The notes: generated by a model not told the origin, from the sequence alone. Positions 50,501 through 64,000 are shown, counted from the stretch's first letter. The stretch is DNA of 64,000 nt from Iphione sp. A-MEVVRFRX5 (GCA_976226885.1 OZ320316.1:54312001-54376000); one strand, 5' to 3'. Made by a program: numbers and translations.

Positions 50501-53500
50501 AGCGAGAGATGGAAACTTCCAGGAACGAATAGGTGCAGTCAACTGGCGAAACAGTTACAAGTGGATTGAACTGGTTAGGGCCTTGGCCTGTTGTAAAGGG
50601 GCCTTTGTGACGGGCTGGTCGACACATTCGTCCTATGGTAATAGCCGTCTGTCCAGCGTCATCCGCAGATGTAATGCTCGATCATGGCTCGATCACCTTC
50701 TTTCATGCCGCAAAATTAGATTAGGCCCACGTGCCCAGCTTGCCCTGCTGACTTCATCAGAAATAAAGCTTCTTGTGAAGACCGCCAGGCGGCGCGGAAA
50801 GGACAGCTAACATGCCCTGCGAATCAATCCCCCTAAAGGGATAGCTTCGTGCAGGACTCATCCCCAAGAAAGAAACCATGATAATGCAATAGACCCGGGT
50901 ATAATTAGGTAGCGGATAGTTCGCACGTATTGACAACAGGGTTTTAAATCAAGCCACATGCTCCGTTTCGTTCTTGACAACGTTTGTTTAACTGGTGTCG
51001 TATGCTTGACCGAATAGAAGAGTCCAAACCCAGCTGATTAGCATGTCTCAGAGACAGGGCCGTGTCCACAGCTTACCCTTCTTGAGCTTCTTGCAACCAA
51101 TCATTATGCAGTAATTGCCGTCTTCGTCCTTCAGGGTGAATAAAATCGATAAAGATGGTGTCCGATTCATTTATTAACACGACAGCTGAATGATTAGGCG
51201 TGTTTGGTTGGAGGGGTGTTGTTGGATAGAATGCACCGATGGCTGCTGCTCACCTCACGGCAGCGTGAGCCACTCAGACCTAGACGAGGAGGTGGTTGAC
51301 TGCTCAGGAGCTGCTCCTACAGCATTGTGTCTGTGGCACAGCCGCCACCAAGGTAACCGACGCATGCAAAGAATGCGGACCGGAGGACGGTTATCAATCC
51401 AAACGCGGGCATCAGTTGTGTGATTGGAACTGGGGGACCGTCCTCGGGCGTCAGCTCTACTAATCTTGGGGTTCCTGCGTATGCTCTGCTCTCTGTATGA
51501 TGTGGCTAGCCCTTTGTGCCCACCTACACCAACCTAAATCATCTTGCATCGCAATCGCCCAACCACTCTCCCAAGAGCATCATGGCCTCTGGAAACATTT
51601 GACCGAGGAGGGATTTCTTTGCGAATAATTTCACCGAAGTACCACAAGACTCTCGTCCTCCTTCCGGAAAAATATTTTATCTGGTTGTGCTTCATCTCGG
51701 AGCGTGCTTTTTTCCTTTTTCCTTTCCTTCCTCCCCTTCCTTTTCCCTTCCTTCCTAGAGAGTGCCTTCCGCATTTGCCGTGTACAAAACACTGGGGATT
51801 CAGACGTCCTGGCGATTCCTGGGTCTTCGATTACAGCAGCCTGTCTAATAATTTGTTCAGAGACCCCACTAAGTGGCCAATTATCATCAGCGGCCGGGGC
51901 CCAAAATGAATGACATGCTTCAAAAGGACTGGTGTGTCTCATGCCAAATGACGGGCCGCACCGCTTTACTTCTGCTCCACAGCTTGCTCCCACATTACCC
52001 CAAACTCCTCTGTGGTCCGCTTTTTATTACGCGCTCGGTCAAGGATCTCACAACACATCACACAACATGGTAACAATGTTTTCATCTGTATTATTTATTG
52101 GGGAATTGGCATATGTTTCCATTGTTTTGCGTAAGCTTTAGCAATAGCCAAAGACCGAGAGCAATAAAAAATATTATGATGTACTGTGCAATCTTACTTG
52201 TTACAGATTGGGTAATAATCTAGAAGTTAATGTCCATTGGCATGCTTAATATCATTTAGAATAGGAAAGCCTGTCCATTTTTCGGTCGTGTTTAAAGTGG
52301 AAACAACATTTGTTGTCGTTGTCGATCCCTTTTGTACCGAAGGTCTCGTTGAATAACAAGACTATCCGGATGTTATGGACGCCATCATGTTGTAAAATAT
52401 GAAGTCAAGGGTTATCCAATTGCCACAGAGCGTGGGAGGAACTATTAGAGGGATTTACATGTACATTGTACCATACGATGCTGTCTTCTTCATCCTGACA
52501 CCAGGACTGGACCAGTGTGGCTTCCTAGAATGAACGGCTTCAAATATGTCATCCCCTAAGACACTGTCCCGGCACGTACAGCAGAAAGATTTTAGGTGTA
52601 ATTACTTCGCCAAACTAAAAATATACTTCGTATTTCATATTCCTTATACGGATTCCTACTACTGGAGCTGTGACGTACTATTTCTACGTGAATTCTATGT
52701 GTTCACGGGAAATACGACCGAATCATTCAGTTACCCTAGAAAAAAAGCGTGAGATATTACTTACATGGCAGCAATAGTCGACTGGACCCTGCTGGGCAGC
52801 ATCCGGAGAGCGAGGAACGAAGACAGCACCCTGGTATTCAGAAAGCAGGTTGAATACCGCGTTTCTGAAAGCCACAACCTAAAGCAATTATCGGCGTCTG
52901 TCCCGTTACACCAAAACTAAAAACACGAAATGAGGACTTGCCCGAATGAGGCGGACGGATTCTGTCTTGGGGTAACTTAGTATGCCATGGCGACAGGCTA
53001 AATCCCACGGTAGGCCATACCAAAGGGCCGCCTTACTCAAGACATATGGCAAGAGAAGCCGTCCCAAAGCTGGCCGGGCATCCCCAGGTGGCCATCCATA
53101 AGAAACGTCTCCTAATCTTCCAAAGGTACGATCTTCTTACTGCAGCAATTTACCTCTGCGTATACAGCTCATGGTTGGGAGAGTGGAACGCAGATCCCGA
53201 TAGGTAGCAGTTGTCCCTTTACGTCACATGGAATCCGAAAACATCCCTCGCGGCTTGTCGTTCTGGGGCAATAACCTGCATTCTGTGTGTAACACTATCT
53301 ATCGCTAATGCATTAGTGGCAAGAAACGAATTGCACTTAGAATAACTAGGTTTGTTTCGTAAGCATCTATTTACATTTCTATCAGCGTCAACAGTGCAAA
53401 GTCAGACTTACCGAACGAAACGTTTTACTGATTATCATTTCTCCACAACAGATTTGCTTACAAAAGTATAAGGAGATCGATGTGGCTTTACACGGACCTA

Positions 53501-54354
53501 TTCAGCATGATTACCACCAACCTGATATCATCAACTGATTAATTCCGTGACAAATTAAAAAAAGGATCCGGTTGATGTTATTGTGAAGGATTGTGTTGGA
53601 CATTTATCCGGTTTTGCCTTTCACATACAACATCGGTATTTCCATTTCCTGTCCGCGACTGTCTGTCGGCACCCGCAGACCCAACGTCAAACCACGTGGC
53701 GTCTTCATTAAGACTGTCGCGTTGTTCGGGTCTCCCAATCGTTGACTCTCAGCGTGGCCTTTTCCTATGGATTAGAAGCCTACCCATTTGTCACATTCCA
53801 TTGGCCTACTGTATCAAGTACATGTGTGCATATTGGTCTTGATACCGCCAGGTTGTTAACATTGCGGTTTAGCTGAGACGGGGTTAAAGTACCGTGATGT
53901 ATGTGTGTCACCATGTTATTGTACAATCTGTATAGTTCTCAATGATACAAACCGCCTAGGAAAATCCATCTGGGATAAGGACGTTTATCTTGTCATGACT
54001 TCTACAGCCTGCCTGAGATGGGTAGTAGATTGCTTTCCTTACGTTGGCCGGCGTCAAATGTAGAATAGTGATAATGATGGCAATAGTGCCAAAGAACATA
54101 CTGTGCATTTGTAACGATAATCTCGCCAATAAATGACGGCATCTTTACACGTATGCACTGTATTCTCTTCTCCTTTACTTACCTCCCATACTTGTTTCCT
54201 ATTAGCGATATATGACAAGAATATAGCATATTAATAAGTATGCGAAAGCAAACAAGGCAGGTATTGGAGCAGTATGAGCACTGACCTTGATAATGTAGAG
54301 TACATTGTAGGTGAATCCAAGGCGGATGCTTCAATTGCCAAGAATCATGACTAA

Positions 54355-54675
54355 GGCCTAAACAAAAAATACCTGTGTTTGCGGTAACCCGACCGACCCT
54401 AATTTTGGTCAAAATGAAACATTTTATGTTTTTCTTGTTTTGTGAATATCTCCTGAGTAAATTTAGATAGAAACACATGTGATGCAGGTTTGTATTCCTT
54501 GTATCACTAGCTTTCATTTGATATAAATTTCAGTAAGATATGAATAGCATAAGTGGCATTAACATATACATTTGTTGCTGCCAGAACATTTTAACATTGA
54601 AAAAATATACTCCCTACTGACAGACCCTGTTTATTTTTAGCATGTTACCAGAAACACAGATATTATTTTTAGGCC
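54355..54675. mobile_element. 321-bp PIF/Harbinger-type MITE
   Basis: TIRs GGCCTAAACAAAAAATACCTGTGTTTGCGGTAAC versus revcomp GGCCTAAAAATAATATCTGTGTTTCTGGTAAC. Flanks TAA (54352-54354) and TAG (54676-54678) fit a TWA-type 3-bp TSD with one mismatch. Internal CCGACCGACCC / CTGACAGACCC motifs. Confidence 0.7.
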
Positions 54676-55149
54676 TAGGTTTAATTTCATAATCCTTTCA
54701 CTTTTACAGATGTAATCTGTCACGGATTTTTTTATATTCATTGTACCATATACGGCTTTAATGAGGCCTTGGCTTTATTTCTATTTGTACTTCATTTGAA
54801 TCAGTTTTGAAATATTTGACTTATGAAGGGACACGAATAAGCTGAATGTCATGTTTTTAAAAATTAAGATTTATTCAATACAGAATTAGAATTTTTATTT
54901 CTTTTTACAAGTTAAATGACTCTACCATATCAAAGTACATGTATTGCCAAACATAATTCCCAATCATGTCCAAACATCGTGTAAACATAATTGAGAATGA
55001 TTTAAACATTTAAACCTAACATATTGTTGAGAGTGGAAAATGATTTCATACGTTGTCGAACATAAAGCATAGTGTTTTTTTTTCTCAGTCAGTGGATTAA
55101 TATGTTTGGCCAGGAAGCTACAAACAACAAGTCTTATTCTTCGTCGTTT

Positions 55150-57660
55150 TAGTAACGAGCCCTCCTCTACACCCAGTGTCAGATAGCCAGGCCGAGTCGA
55201 CTGCCCGATCTGTCGGGCCAAGCCCACAGGAAGCCCAATCCTCAATGAACAGCACCTAATTGCTCGCGTGTAACTCGGCCTTTCTGTTCTGCTCACGTAC
55301 AGGTCTCGCGCGACGAACACAGCCCGTCGGGAGCGACCCGTCGCCGACGCCGCCCGATTGATCCACCAGGTGGCGCGTCCCGTCGGCGTCCGTCGACCAT
55401 CCTCTCAGCGTGGGGTTCTGGGATGCGGTACCAGCTGCTTCTCTGGGAGCGAATGTGTTAGTGGCGCACGGCCGTGTTCGAGCTACAGCTACAACTCCCC
55501 CTGCTCCTACGGCGGCAGCGGCGGCAGAGGCGGCAGAGGCGGAGGCGGCTGCTCCCGGCGGTGGTGTGTTACTGCTGCCGACCGCCAATTAAATCAGCTG
55601 TACACACCCGCCCCACACGCCGGCTGCTCCGGCTCCACCTCTCTGCAGCAGTAGCACGAACAGTGCGACTGCCGCGATGATGCATATACCGCGCTCGGGC
55701 CCCTCTGAGTGACTGAAGCCAAGGGTCATTTAAACACCTGCATTGTGCTTGGTTGTTACCAAGTCCCTGAAATCTTCCACCGCGCTACAAACCTAAAGGA
55801 TTATTTGTCGCCGATGTTCTGAGGAGAGAACAGTATACCCGACAACTCCCCTGGACTTTGCTGACTAGCCTCTGTTGTGAATGTAAGTATATTGATCTGA
55901 GAAGCACCTAAAACACTAAAACATAGATATAAGGCAGGATGGTTATGGTTACGTTGTACAGACATATTTCACAGAGCCACACTACATAAAGTGGGTCCCC
56001 CGACGGATATACCAGCTATACATCTTTCAGGAAGGAAGTCAAGCGTTGTTCTTGGCCTTAATCCACAGAGTACACTGTTGATACTCTCCCAACTACCTAA
56101 CTGTAAACCGAGCACTCAACCTACAAACCCACCAACACGCTGGCGCGCCGGTAGACCCACCGAGCAACCATCCTCGGAGGTTGGCTTGACTGCTGCATCA
56201 AACCTTTTCTCCCCAGGCAAATCTTGGCCTGTGGTTGCAGGGCCTTTCGCCAGCACTACCACTGCAGGCGTCACGGCCAGGCCTGGCTTGGCTTTCATCC
56301 GATGAGCTGCTACGCCTGAAGTAATCTTTCGGCATCCGTGAGATGTGTGCATCTCTAGGAGTCAGCACACATTGGAACATCCCTCAGACGGATTCGCAGT
56401 GAGATGAATGCATTTCTGTGTATCGCCAAGGCCAGCCAAAATTTAGTACAAGGTGTCTTCGGAGAACACTTGTAAAAACGTCGTATATCTTTGCCGCTGC
56501 TACCCGTGTAGCAGGGACAAGTTGTGTTGGCCGAGAGGGCACACTCAAAGAAAATAAGTTGCTCAGACCGACTCCTAAGAGGTTGCCTGATGTGAAGAGG
56601 ACGTCACCCCGTTGCGTCCGAGACAAGGCAAGTGCATTCCGCGCCACTGCTGGTTGGATGGTCGGACGAGGAGCTTGTTGCCAGCGGTCGGGCCTGCCTG
56701 CATTTGTGCGTGTGCTTAATCGGCAGGTTCGTGTGTATAGTGTATGTGATGGCACCCGTAGCTCACGACGATCGCACATGATCAGCGTGCGGGGCCCATC
56801 GATGCTGTAGCAGCGTCCGGACGCACGGACACTGTGCAACCACTGGATCCAGTTCATCAGGCGACTATTTTGTGCACGTTGCTATAAAACTCAATCAGGA
56901 AATCGATCAGAAGCGCAGAGCTTTCATAGAAACTGTTTTCTCGCACTGATAGACCGGGACTATTGATGTACTCGCCAAATTTGCATTTTACTGTTTACAG
57001 ATCTGCTTGCCAACATTCTGAAACATATACCGGGCTTGTTGAGCATACTGTGACATCATTACTACTCGCACGGATTTAAAAGCGTACAGAGTAAATGATC
57101 TATCACGCCCCTCCTGACCATAGAGTTGTCAGGGGAGGACTTTGAGTGGCCGGAACACGCATATTGCGCCCACAAAAAGGCAGAGGGAATCGTTCATATG
57201 TAGTAACGTTTATTGTGGGACTCGCCTCTTACATGGTTGCTGATATTCCTTCTCCCACGTAACCGAGCTAGTCGTCCCCATCCCACCATTAGCGCTGCTG
57301 GTACAGAAACCAAACGGCCAACGGAATACGCCCATTGGTATCGATAATCTTTAGAGGGTGGGCCCCATGCCCCGCGTCGGACGGGGTCGTGAGGAAGAGA
57401 GGCCGAGACAACGACCACAGCCAGCCGGGGGCCGGTAGCTGCTACCCAGGAGGTTGCATGCGGGTACTCTCGGTTCTGGCGGCCGCGCCAGGATCGCCAA
57501 TAGAATGGTGATGCGCGATCGGATACCTTACGTCATCCCCAAAAGCTGCGGTGGAAGAATGAGTTGCATTTTCCTCGTCTTCATTCCCATGATCGGAGCA
57601 CTCACATTGGCTGGCCTTTGGATGTACAAAACCAAACAGGTAAGTTCATGAATATACTGG
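55150..57660. other. GC/CpG-rich region with a GCGGCAGAG-type short repeat (55510-55550)
   Basis: Visibly higher CpG density than the AT-rich surroundings. It ends in the candidate exon at 57505. Confidence 0.5.
57505..57639 (+). CDS. Candidate first coding exon of a type II membrane protein
   Basis: MVMRDRIPYVIPKSCGGRMSCIFLVFIPMIGALTLAGLWMYKTKQ: short basic tail and a ~21-aa hydrophobic segment, ending exactly at a consensus donor CAG|GTAAGT (phase 0). No downstream exon identified. Confidence 0.4.
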
Positions 57661-60600
57661 TGAATCTCCTCAGCACCCCTCCCCCAAACCATTCATTGAT
57701 TCAACTATCCATGATGCATGTTTTGAACGTATGTGCCGACAGGCGAGGATATGGTGTACGATTCCTATGCCAATGCTTTAAAAAGTGGGCTTCGCTAAAT
57801 CAATTCGGTTTAGTCCGAGAGACGTTGATTAAAAATGCCACAAGAAGTAGTGCTGTTGCGTTTCACAAATATATCTATAATATCGAGGGCATACAGTCAT
57901 AGGTGGTACCTTAATTACAGCACGTTTTCTGTAAATTTGCCTGCAACTCCGAGTTGATCTACTGTCTACAAAGTACAAAGTAGTTGTCATCAGCACAAGA
58001 CTTCAAACGGAACCATGTCTTCATTTGAACGCACAGAGACTGTGCAGTACACATATACGGATAAAACGACGATGGAGCCTTTGATGATTCTCATCTATTT
58101 TTCTTTTGACGAAGGTCCGGTACACATCGGTCGTTCCCCCATGTTGGTAATTGCCTTTACATTATACCGCTCACCACTATACAAGAGTAGTCACGAACAC
58201 CTGGACAAGAACCATCACTTGCAAGTGTGCGAGCTGCCAAACAAATCAGTCAGGTATCAAAGAGACATATACACATATACGGCGCACGCGATTCAATAAC
58301 ACGTAGAATGGCCCGGGGACAGTGAATGGTAGTGGCTAGTGCTTAACCTTTTAAGCTTTTACATTGAGGCCACTAGTGGACCTTTTTTTGCTCACGTTAC
58401 TCATATCCCGGCCAACTTCTGGTGTTGGAGATCAAAGGCTTGAAGCGCACGTCCCATTAGGACAGTGACCCTCTGATAGCAATCGGGGCCGTTTGCCGAC
58501 CCGTCCATGCTTTACGGATCGCACATTGCACTTCTCATGCTTATTGTAATGGACCGCATCCTGCCTTCCCACAGGACAGGAGTATTCCAGGCACACGGTT
58601 TGGTTTCTAGGGCTTAGCGTTATCTAGCCAATACCAAGAGAACTTCTTACATCAGTATTCGCTGGATGTTGGCCCTGGTCCATTTATTTTCGGAGAGCCC
58701 AGCGTATGCACATCTATATCGTACCTGTCAAGGGGGCCTCTCCTGGCAGAGGGCACGTAATATCGCCCACTAGCCGACGGAGGAAACAGGACAATCAGCC
58801 AGAAACCATGCCTTCCGCACTAGGGATACATGACCTAGTGCCGAACACCTATCTGAAGTACCACTACCTCTAAACTCCCACCACAAGGTTCCTAACTCTA
58901 AAGCGAGTGGTCGCCTCTGATAGAGCTGCGACCGGAAACACGACGACGATGAGCAACGACTGGGCATGAGCACCACAAGGCATTGCACTTCCCTGCAGAG
59001 CCGGAAATCGGCCGCTGTACCAGAGAATCAAATATGCGCAAACCACTGGTACGGGGATGGCGAACCCATGTTCACACATGGCCGAAAATCCTCGGGGACC
59101 GATCACCTTAAGATGGCGACGTAGCATTTTCCACAAGAAGAATACCGAGTAGGGAGCACTCGTTACGAGAGGAAGTACAGGGCGGAGCCGTGCTACTCTG
59201 GGACTTATTACATTCCATCTAAGCTGTAGGTATCGGGGAGGTGGGTGCTATGGGGAGCAGTGAGGGGAGGGTAGCCCCTTTGTGTGCTGCTCCGTCTCCT
59301 GAGTATGTCTGGCTTTACAAAGAGCGCCAAACCGGCCGCTTCTGGGCAGCCATTGTTCATTCTTTGTTGGGCCGGATCCAACGGTGCTGGCAAAGAAGTG
59401 AAGTCTTTCTCCAGCACGACAGGAGTTATAGCTCCCCGACGTACTCCACCCATTTTCCCAAATAAAAGTCGAGTCGCATCCTAGCTAAGTTCCCGTCCAC
59501 ATCCTCCCCATTTAACAGATGGATGGCAAGCTGTACCGCGTTTTTATGCACGCCTGTTATAATGTTTAATTAAAACCGTCGACATGTTTAGGCATTAAAT
59601 TCTTTGAGTTTGTGAAAAGTGAAGTCAATTGTTATTCCGAGCAAGAATCAGGTCAACGTGGCAATTGGAGGACGTATGCATAAGATCTGGCTCTATTTCT
59701 TCCGTTTGGTTATTTAGCTTATCACCTTTCTTCGTTAAGTCATAGGAGACCATTGTGTATTAAATTTTCTTTGTTGGTGGTGAATAGAATAAAGATATTA
59801 CATTTATGTATGGATTGACGGACATAAAGATTTGTGTTCTGTGCAATGGGACTTGACAGTAAATAGCAATCTGCAATGTTCACTTCCCATATACTACTAC
59901 CTCTCATGAGAGCGACAGACCACTTTTATGGAGCACCTTTTGTACATAATCGTCCCTCCCCTGTGATCGTCATTGACTTCCTTGTACATATTTAATGTCT
60001 TTTGATGTCTTCTCCAGCAAATTAGGATAATATACATGCTACTTTGTTGGCAAATTACAAGCACCGAGGCCTCGTCTTGAGGCAAGAGATAATTGCATAG
60101 AGAGACTCCGGCGGGCGCTTCGAAAAAGTAATCCATACCTGCACATAACTTAAATATTCAGGCTCCCTTAAACCTACACCATACAGAGAACACCTGCTGT
60201 GAATCTGTTATGTCATCCATGTCACTACCCAACACGAAAACAACTGCTTTTTGTATTGATATGGAATATTTCTGACAAAGACGATACTCAGTACATAAAT
60301 AGAACGGGGCGGGTGGGCGTGTGATCTACATGTCTTATAAACACTGATTTACGTTAGGCTATGGATGTGTGGGATTCTCATACATTATTCATCACTACAA
60401 GAGGCGGTGAATCTAAGCGCCAGATTTCGATGTTTTGTGCTCCTCAACGGGTTTTTGCGTTGCAATACTGAAAATATTTGAGAACTGACATGTGTGCTGT
60501 GTTTATGCTTCACATTGAAATTTCTCTTCAAAAAGGAAATCAAGATGAAATGTGTAACTTAACCTAGTGCTTTTATGTATATTTTACCTGAGAGTATTCA

Positions 60601-62580
60601 TTTCAATGAACGTAGTTAGTGGTGCTCCTAAAGCGCTACTTATTCTAGTGTATATACCAGCAGCTTCTCACTTCAAGAAGGTCTTTCCTGTGTAGAACAT
60701 ACCATTAGGTTAGCGTACCGGTCCCTCAAGGAGACAATCAGGCAGTCTGTCAAAGCCTAATTCACTACCTCGGAGTGACAGGTCAAAAGGAGTCCTGTGT
60801 TGTTGATCCAGGCAGTAAAGGAACAGCAGGCCCCACGAGGAGAGAGCGAAACTCCAGATGGGCACTACTGTCCACAAAACTACAGGAGTGTGCTTGACTG
60901 TAGATCAGACAGCTGGGGGCCGGAAGGTTCAGACCTTTGACCTGCGACAGAGAAGCATTTATTAGTTGCGTTCATTGCCCCTAGGTATATACCGAATCAT
61001 GTGGGCCACCCAACATTAACCACCAGCTATGTATCAAACCGTCGCGTCAGGCTGAACCATGGCAAATTGCACTTCCCAATTGGGAAAAAATCATAAGGAT
61101 GCTAATTGTCTTTAGAACAGGGCCTTGATAGCAGGGAAAGACCACGCATTGATGTCTAGACAGAAGGTAGAAAGGTTTACAACAGTGATAAATTAATGCT
61201 CCCCCGGGCCACCTGCAGCCACAGTAAACCGGTCAAATGCACTTTGGAGGGGTTCTCGAGGCTCCTCCAAAAGGATTCCTTGGGCAGAAGGAGCTTAATG
61301 TATAACACAGGGGATGCATTTTGCAGGACATCAAAGATATCTTGTCACCGTTCCGGAACGAACCTACACATAGTATGAATACTGCCAAACTGGATCCAAG
61401 GAAGCATGCGAGAAAGTAGATCTCGTCGTGAGATACTAAAATACGTTGGATACTGCTGTCCTGACACATGACGAGTAGATATATGGATGTAACTTTATGG
61501 ATGGACGTTAAGTAGCTGTCTCTTAACAAGTATAATGTGCATGCGCAGGTGTAAGTTTCACATTTCCATATGAATTGTGCTAATAAAATATCGCCTCTTT
61601 AAGTATTAAATGAAATCTAGGAGTTAATCAAATCAGTGGGGGACATTTCAGCCCCCACGCCCCGAGATGTGACCTCATATAACAAGTGTTTGTTAAAGTA
61701 TTGCCTTGTGGAAACGTTAGTTTGAGTTTGGCACAGCCTACTAGGCTGCATTTACGAAGCACATTCGCACAGTATGCCGTCCTAGTTGTCATTCGAGTCA
61801 GCTGTTTTACAAACTCACTAGACAAGCAGTTTTAGCCAACAAACGGCTACCACCGGGATGCCGGAATGTAATAGACAGTCAGTTTGCGACTGACAGTCCC
61901 AATCCAATAGGTATGAGGGAGGAGGTGACTGTTATACAGAAGGGGGCGAGCGAGTGGCTAATAGGATGACTGGGTTGTTTAATATCATCGCCAAATGAGC
62001 TATGCGCGAGTGGCTCGCAAACGGGCTGCCGCACGTGACAGTTTCAATCAAATCGGTCGCACAACAGGTGAAGATGGCTTACAGGGATAAGCCAGAGTTA
62101 GCCCCTCCCACAGACACTAAGGATAGGGAGATGGGCCCCACACTTCGTGCTGTCAAACGTCCTCGAAGGTGACCCCAGCTGTCTGTTACAAGTGAACCTA
62201 ATTTGGATTTTTAAAAAGCCTTTGGACCTTTTCCATTAAAGCCTGTTTTGCAAATTCACACGTCGCGAGGGGTAACCATGAGAGTAATTAAAGTGCCTTT
62301 CTTATTAGTCCATTATACCGTGGAGACTTTTTCAACATCTGCTTCTCCAAACTGCGGACAGTTGTGCTTTGAATGGAGTAAGGCCCGCTTTCCAGGCGTA
62401 CAGTCTTTTTTCTGTACTCCATGTCGTCTGGAAAACGGGTTGATTTTCCAAACCTTCAGGACCCTTTTACACACACCCTTTCCATGTATATGGGTCAGAG
62501 ACAGTCAGGGACAGTTAGAAATGGTCAGGTAGCTGCCAGGGGGAAGGTGTCTATGTGTGCTTCCTCTCCATCTGTCTCTC

Positions 62581-62742
62581 TGTGGAGATTAAAGCATATC
62601 AGTAGAAACTGTGCATCTCTTGTGGAGATTAAAGCATATCAGTAGAAACTGTGCCATTTTTCATGGAGATTTAAACATATTTGTGGAAACTGTGCCATTT
62701 TTCGTGGAGATCAACGCATATCAGTGGAAACTGTACCTTTTT
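62581..62742 (+). repeat. Minisatellite, four 40-41-bp units
   Basis: Units start at 62581, 62621, 62662 and 62703; consensus YGTGGAGATTAAAGCATATCAGTRGAAACTGTGCCATTTTT; head-to-tail with no spacers. Confidence 0.95.
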
Positions 62743-63147
62743 ATGCAATTATATGCAAATTAGAAAATATTTCACATCGTCTAACATATGTTAAGCAGTC
62801 TTTCTCCTCCTTTAAACTCTTATTTCGCTATCCTTCTTGTCTGCGTTGCTCTCTGGAGTCTGGAAAATGTGTACATTTATGGCCCAGGGCTGTTTTCAGT
62901 CCAGCTCTAGAGCAGGAAGCACAGAGCAGAAAGCCTGTATACATGGAAACAACCCTGTTTAAGGCCATAGCACTGATTTTTCTGGAGCACGGAATCTGTG
63001 CGCTGGAAGAAACCTCTGTACACATGAAAAGCTTGCTTAAAATCCTATATAGGTTGCATAGGTCGCCCTAAAAGGTGATTACACTTACCTTTCCTTTAAC
63101 AACTCCTTATGCCTATATGGTACACTCGCTGTAATAAGATCAGTCTT

Positions 63148-63183
63148 TGTTCGTTCCCAAAATGTCTGTTCGTTCCCAAAATG
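63148..63183 (+). repeat. 17-bp local duplication
   Basis: TGTTCGTTCCCAAAATG at 63148-63164 and 63167-63183. Confidence 0.85.
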
Positions 63184-64000
63184 GCCCAATTTCAGTATGT
63201 TAGATTCCTTTGAATATTTTTGTGCTCTCTCTTGTGCAGAGGGGACAGCCTCTTATGCACCCGTAGTCAAGTTGTGGGCCATTCTGGATAGGAACTACAG
63301 TAAATGGATCTGATCATGATCTGATTCCAGGTCCAGCCCTGAATCTGCGATACCTAAAACCTATACATCAGTGCACAAGTGCGAGTCGGCACTCGTCAGC
63401 ACAATTCATTCTAGGCTAGCTGCCCAGCACGTTCATGGAGGAACGGGCATAAAGCGGGAGTGTAGTGTGCATGTAGCATTTGTACATTATTGTCGGTGAT
63501 TGTTAAGATCCAGTGGCAAATGCATCTATATGAGTATGTTTTAGCCAGAGTCACACTAGAAAGATTATCATTGATCCCTGTCTATAGCGGCTACTTCGAA
63601 CAATGGGTGATTGCAGTTAGAACAGCTTTTGTCCGCTGCAGAGAGGCATCACTTCACAGAAGCAAGATGGAGAAATGTAATCACTGTTAATAACTGAAGG
63701 GGACACCTGGGTTAGGATCTGCACGAGCCAGAAATGTATGTGTAATATTATATAGTGTATAAACCAATATATTTTATAACATCTACTAGCTTTAACACAT
63801 TCTGGAAATAAATATCAAAATGATTTCTGTATAAAAGTCCATATAATTATTGTCACTGCAAATGACATAAGCTATACTTAAATATAGCGTTGTTGAGTGA
63901 CGTCGATTTTCAAAGGAATTCGATAGAAAAATTTTTCAGTATCAATTCGGTCTGTTTCAAAGTAATATGACGCGTGTTTCAATGCTTTCAATACCAATGA

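Noticed and set aside
55256-55680. Ala-rich, Gly-rich and Arg-rich (RRQRRQRRQRRRR) overlapping ORFs, reminiscent of a viral capsid arginine arm
   Set aside because: All derive from one short GCGGCAGAG repeat in GC-rich DNA and no capsid-like sequence follows.
62581-62742. Possible CRISPR array
   Set aside because: Units are contiguous with no unique spacers, there are no cas genes and the context is eukaryotic.

Overview
Animal genomic DNA (~40% GC, many TACATGTA and X-box-like motifs, which suggests a marine invertebrate such as a lancelet; this is inference). The window is transposon-rich and mostly non-coding. No rRNA, tRNA or CRISPR array was recognised, and most listed ORFs look like chance or decayed frames. 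Main recognisable content: (1) A reconstructable, intron-containing Sola2-like DDD transposase gene (31259-34632; 784 aa after removing one intron and a TA-flanked pogo/Tigger-type MITE; four nonsense codons, no frameshift), flanked by a repeated 15-bp motif. (2) A three-level nest: an I-clade-like LINE (minus strand, ~38120-44230) is split at a TTAA by a non-autonomous piggyBac-type element (38336-42318), which is itself interrupted by a 5'-truncated Penelope-like retroelement (PLE, 38551-41462, exact 13-bp TSD). (3) Between its GIY-YIG endonuclease and its 3' minimal hammerhead ribozyme, the PLE carries an extra ~1.3-kb coding region with two C2H2 zinc fingers. This is the most interesting signal in the window. 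(4) A CR1/L2-type RT remnant (24.5-25.2 kb), a Harbinger-type MITE, a 666-bp polypyrimidine tract, micro- and minisatellites, and a possible first coding exon of a type II membrane protein at 57505-57639 in a CpG-rich region. All family assignments rest on motifs recalled from knowledge, not on database searches.
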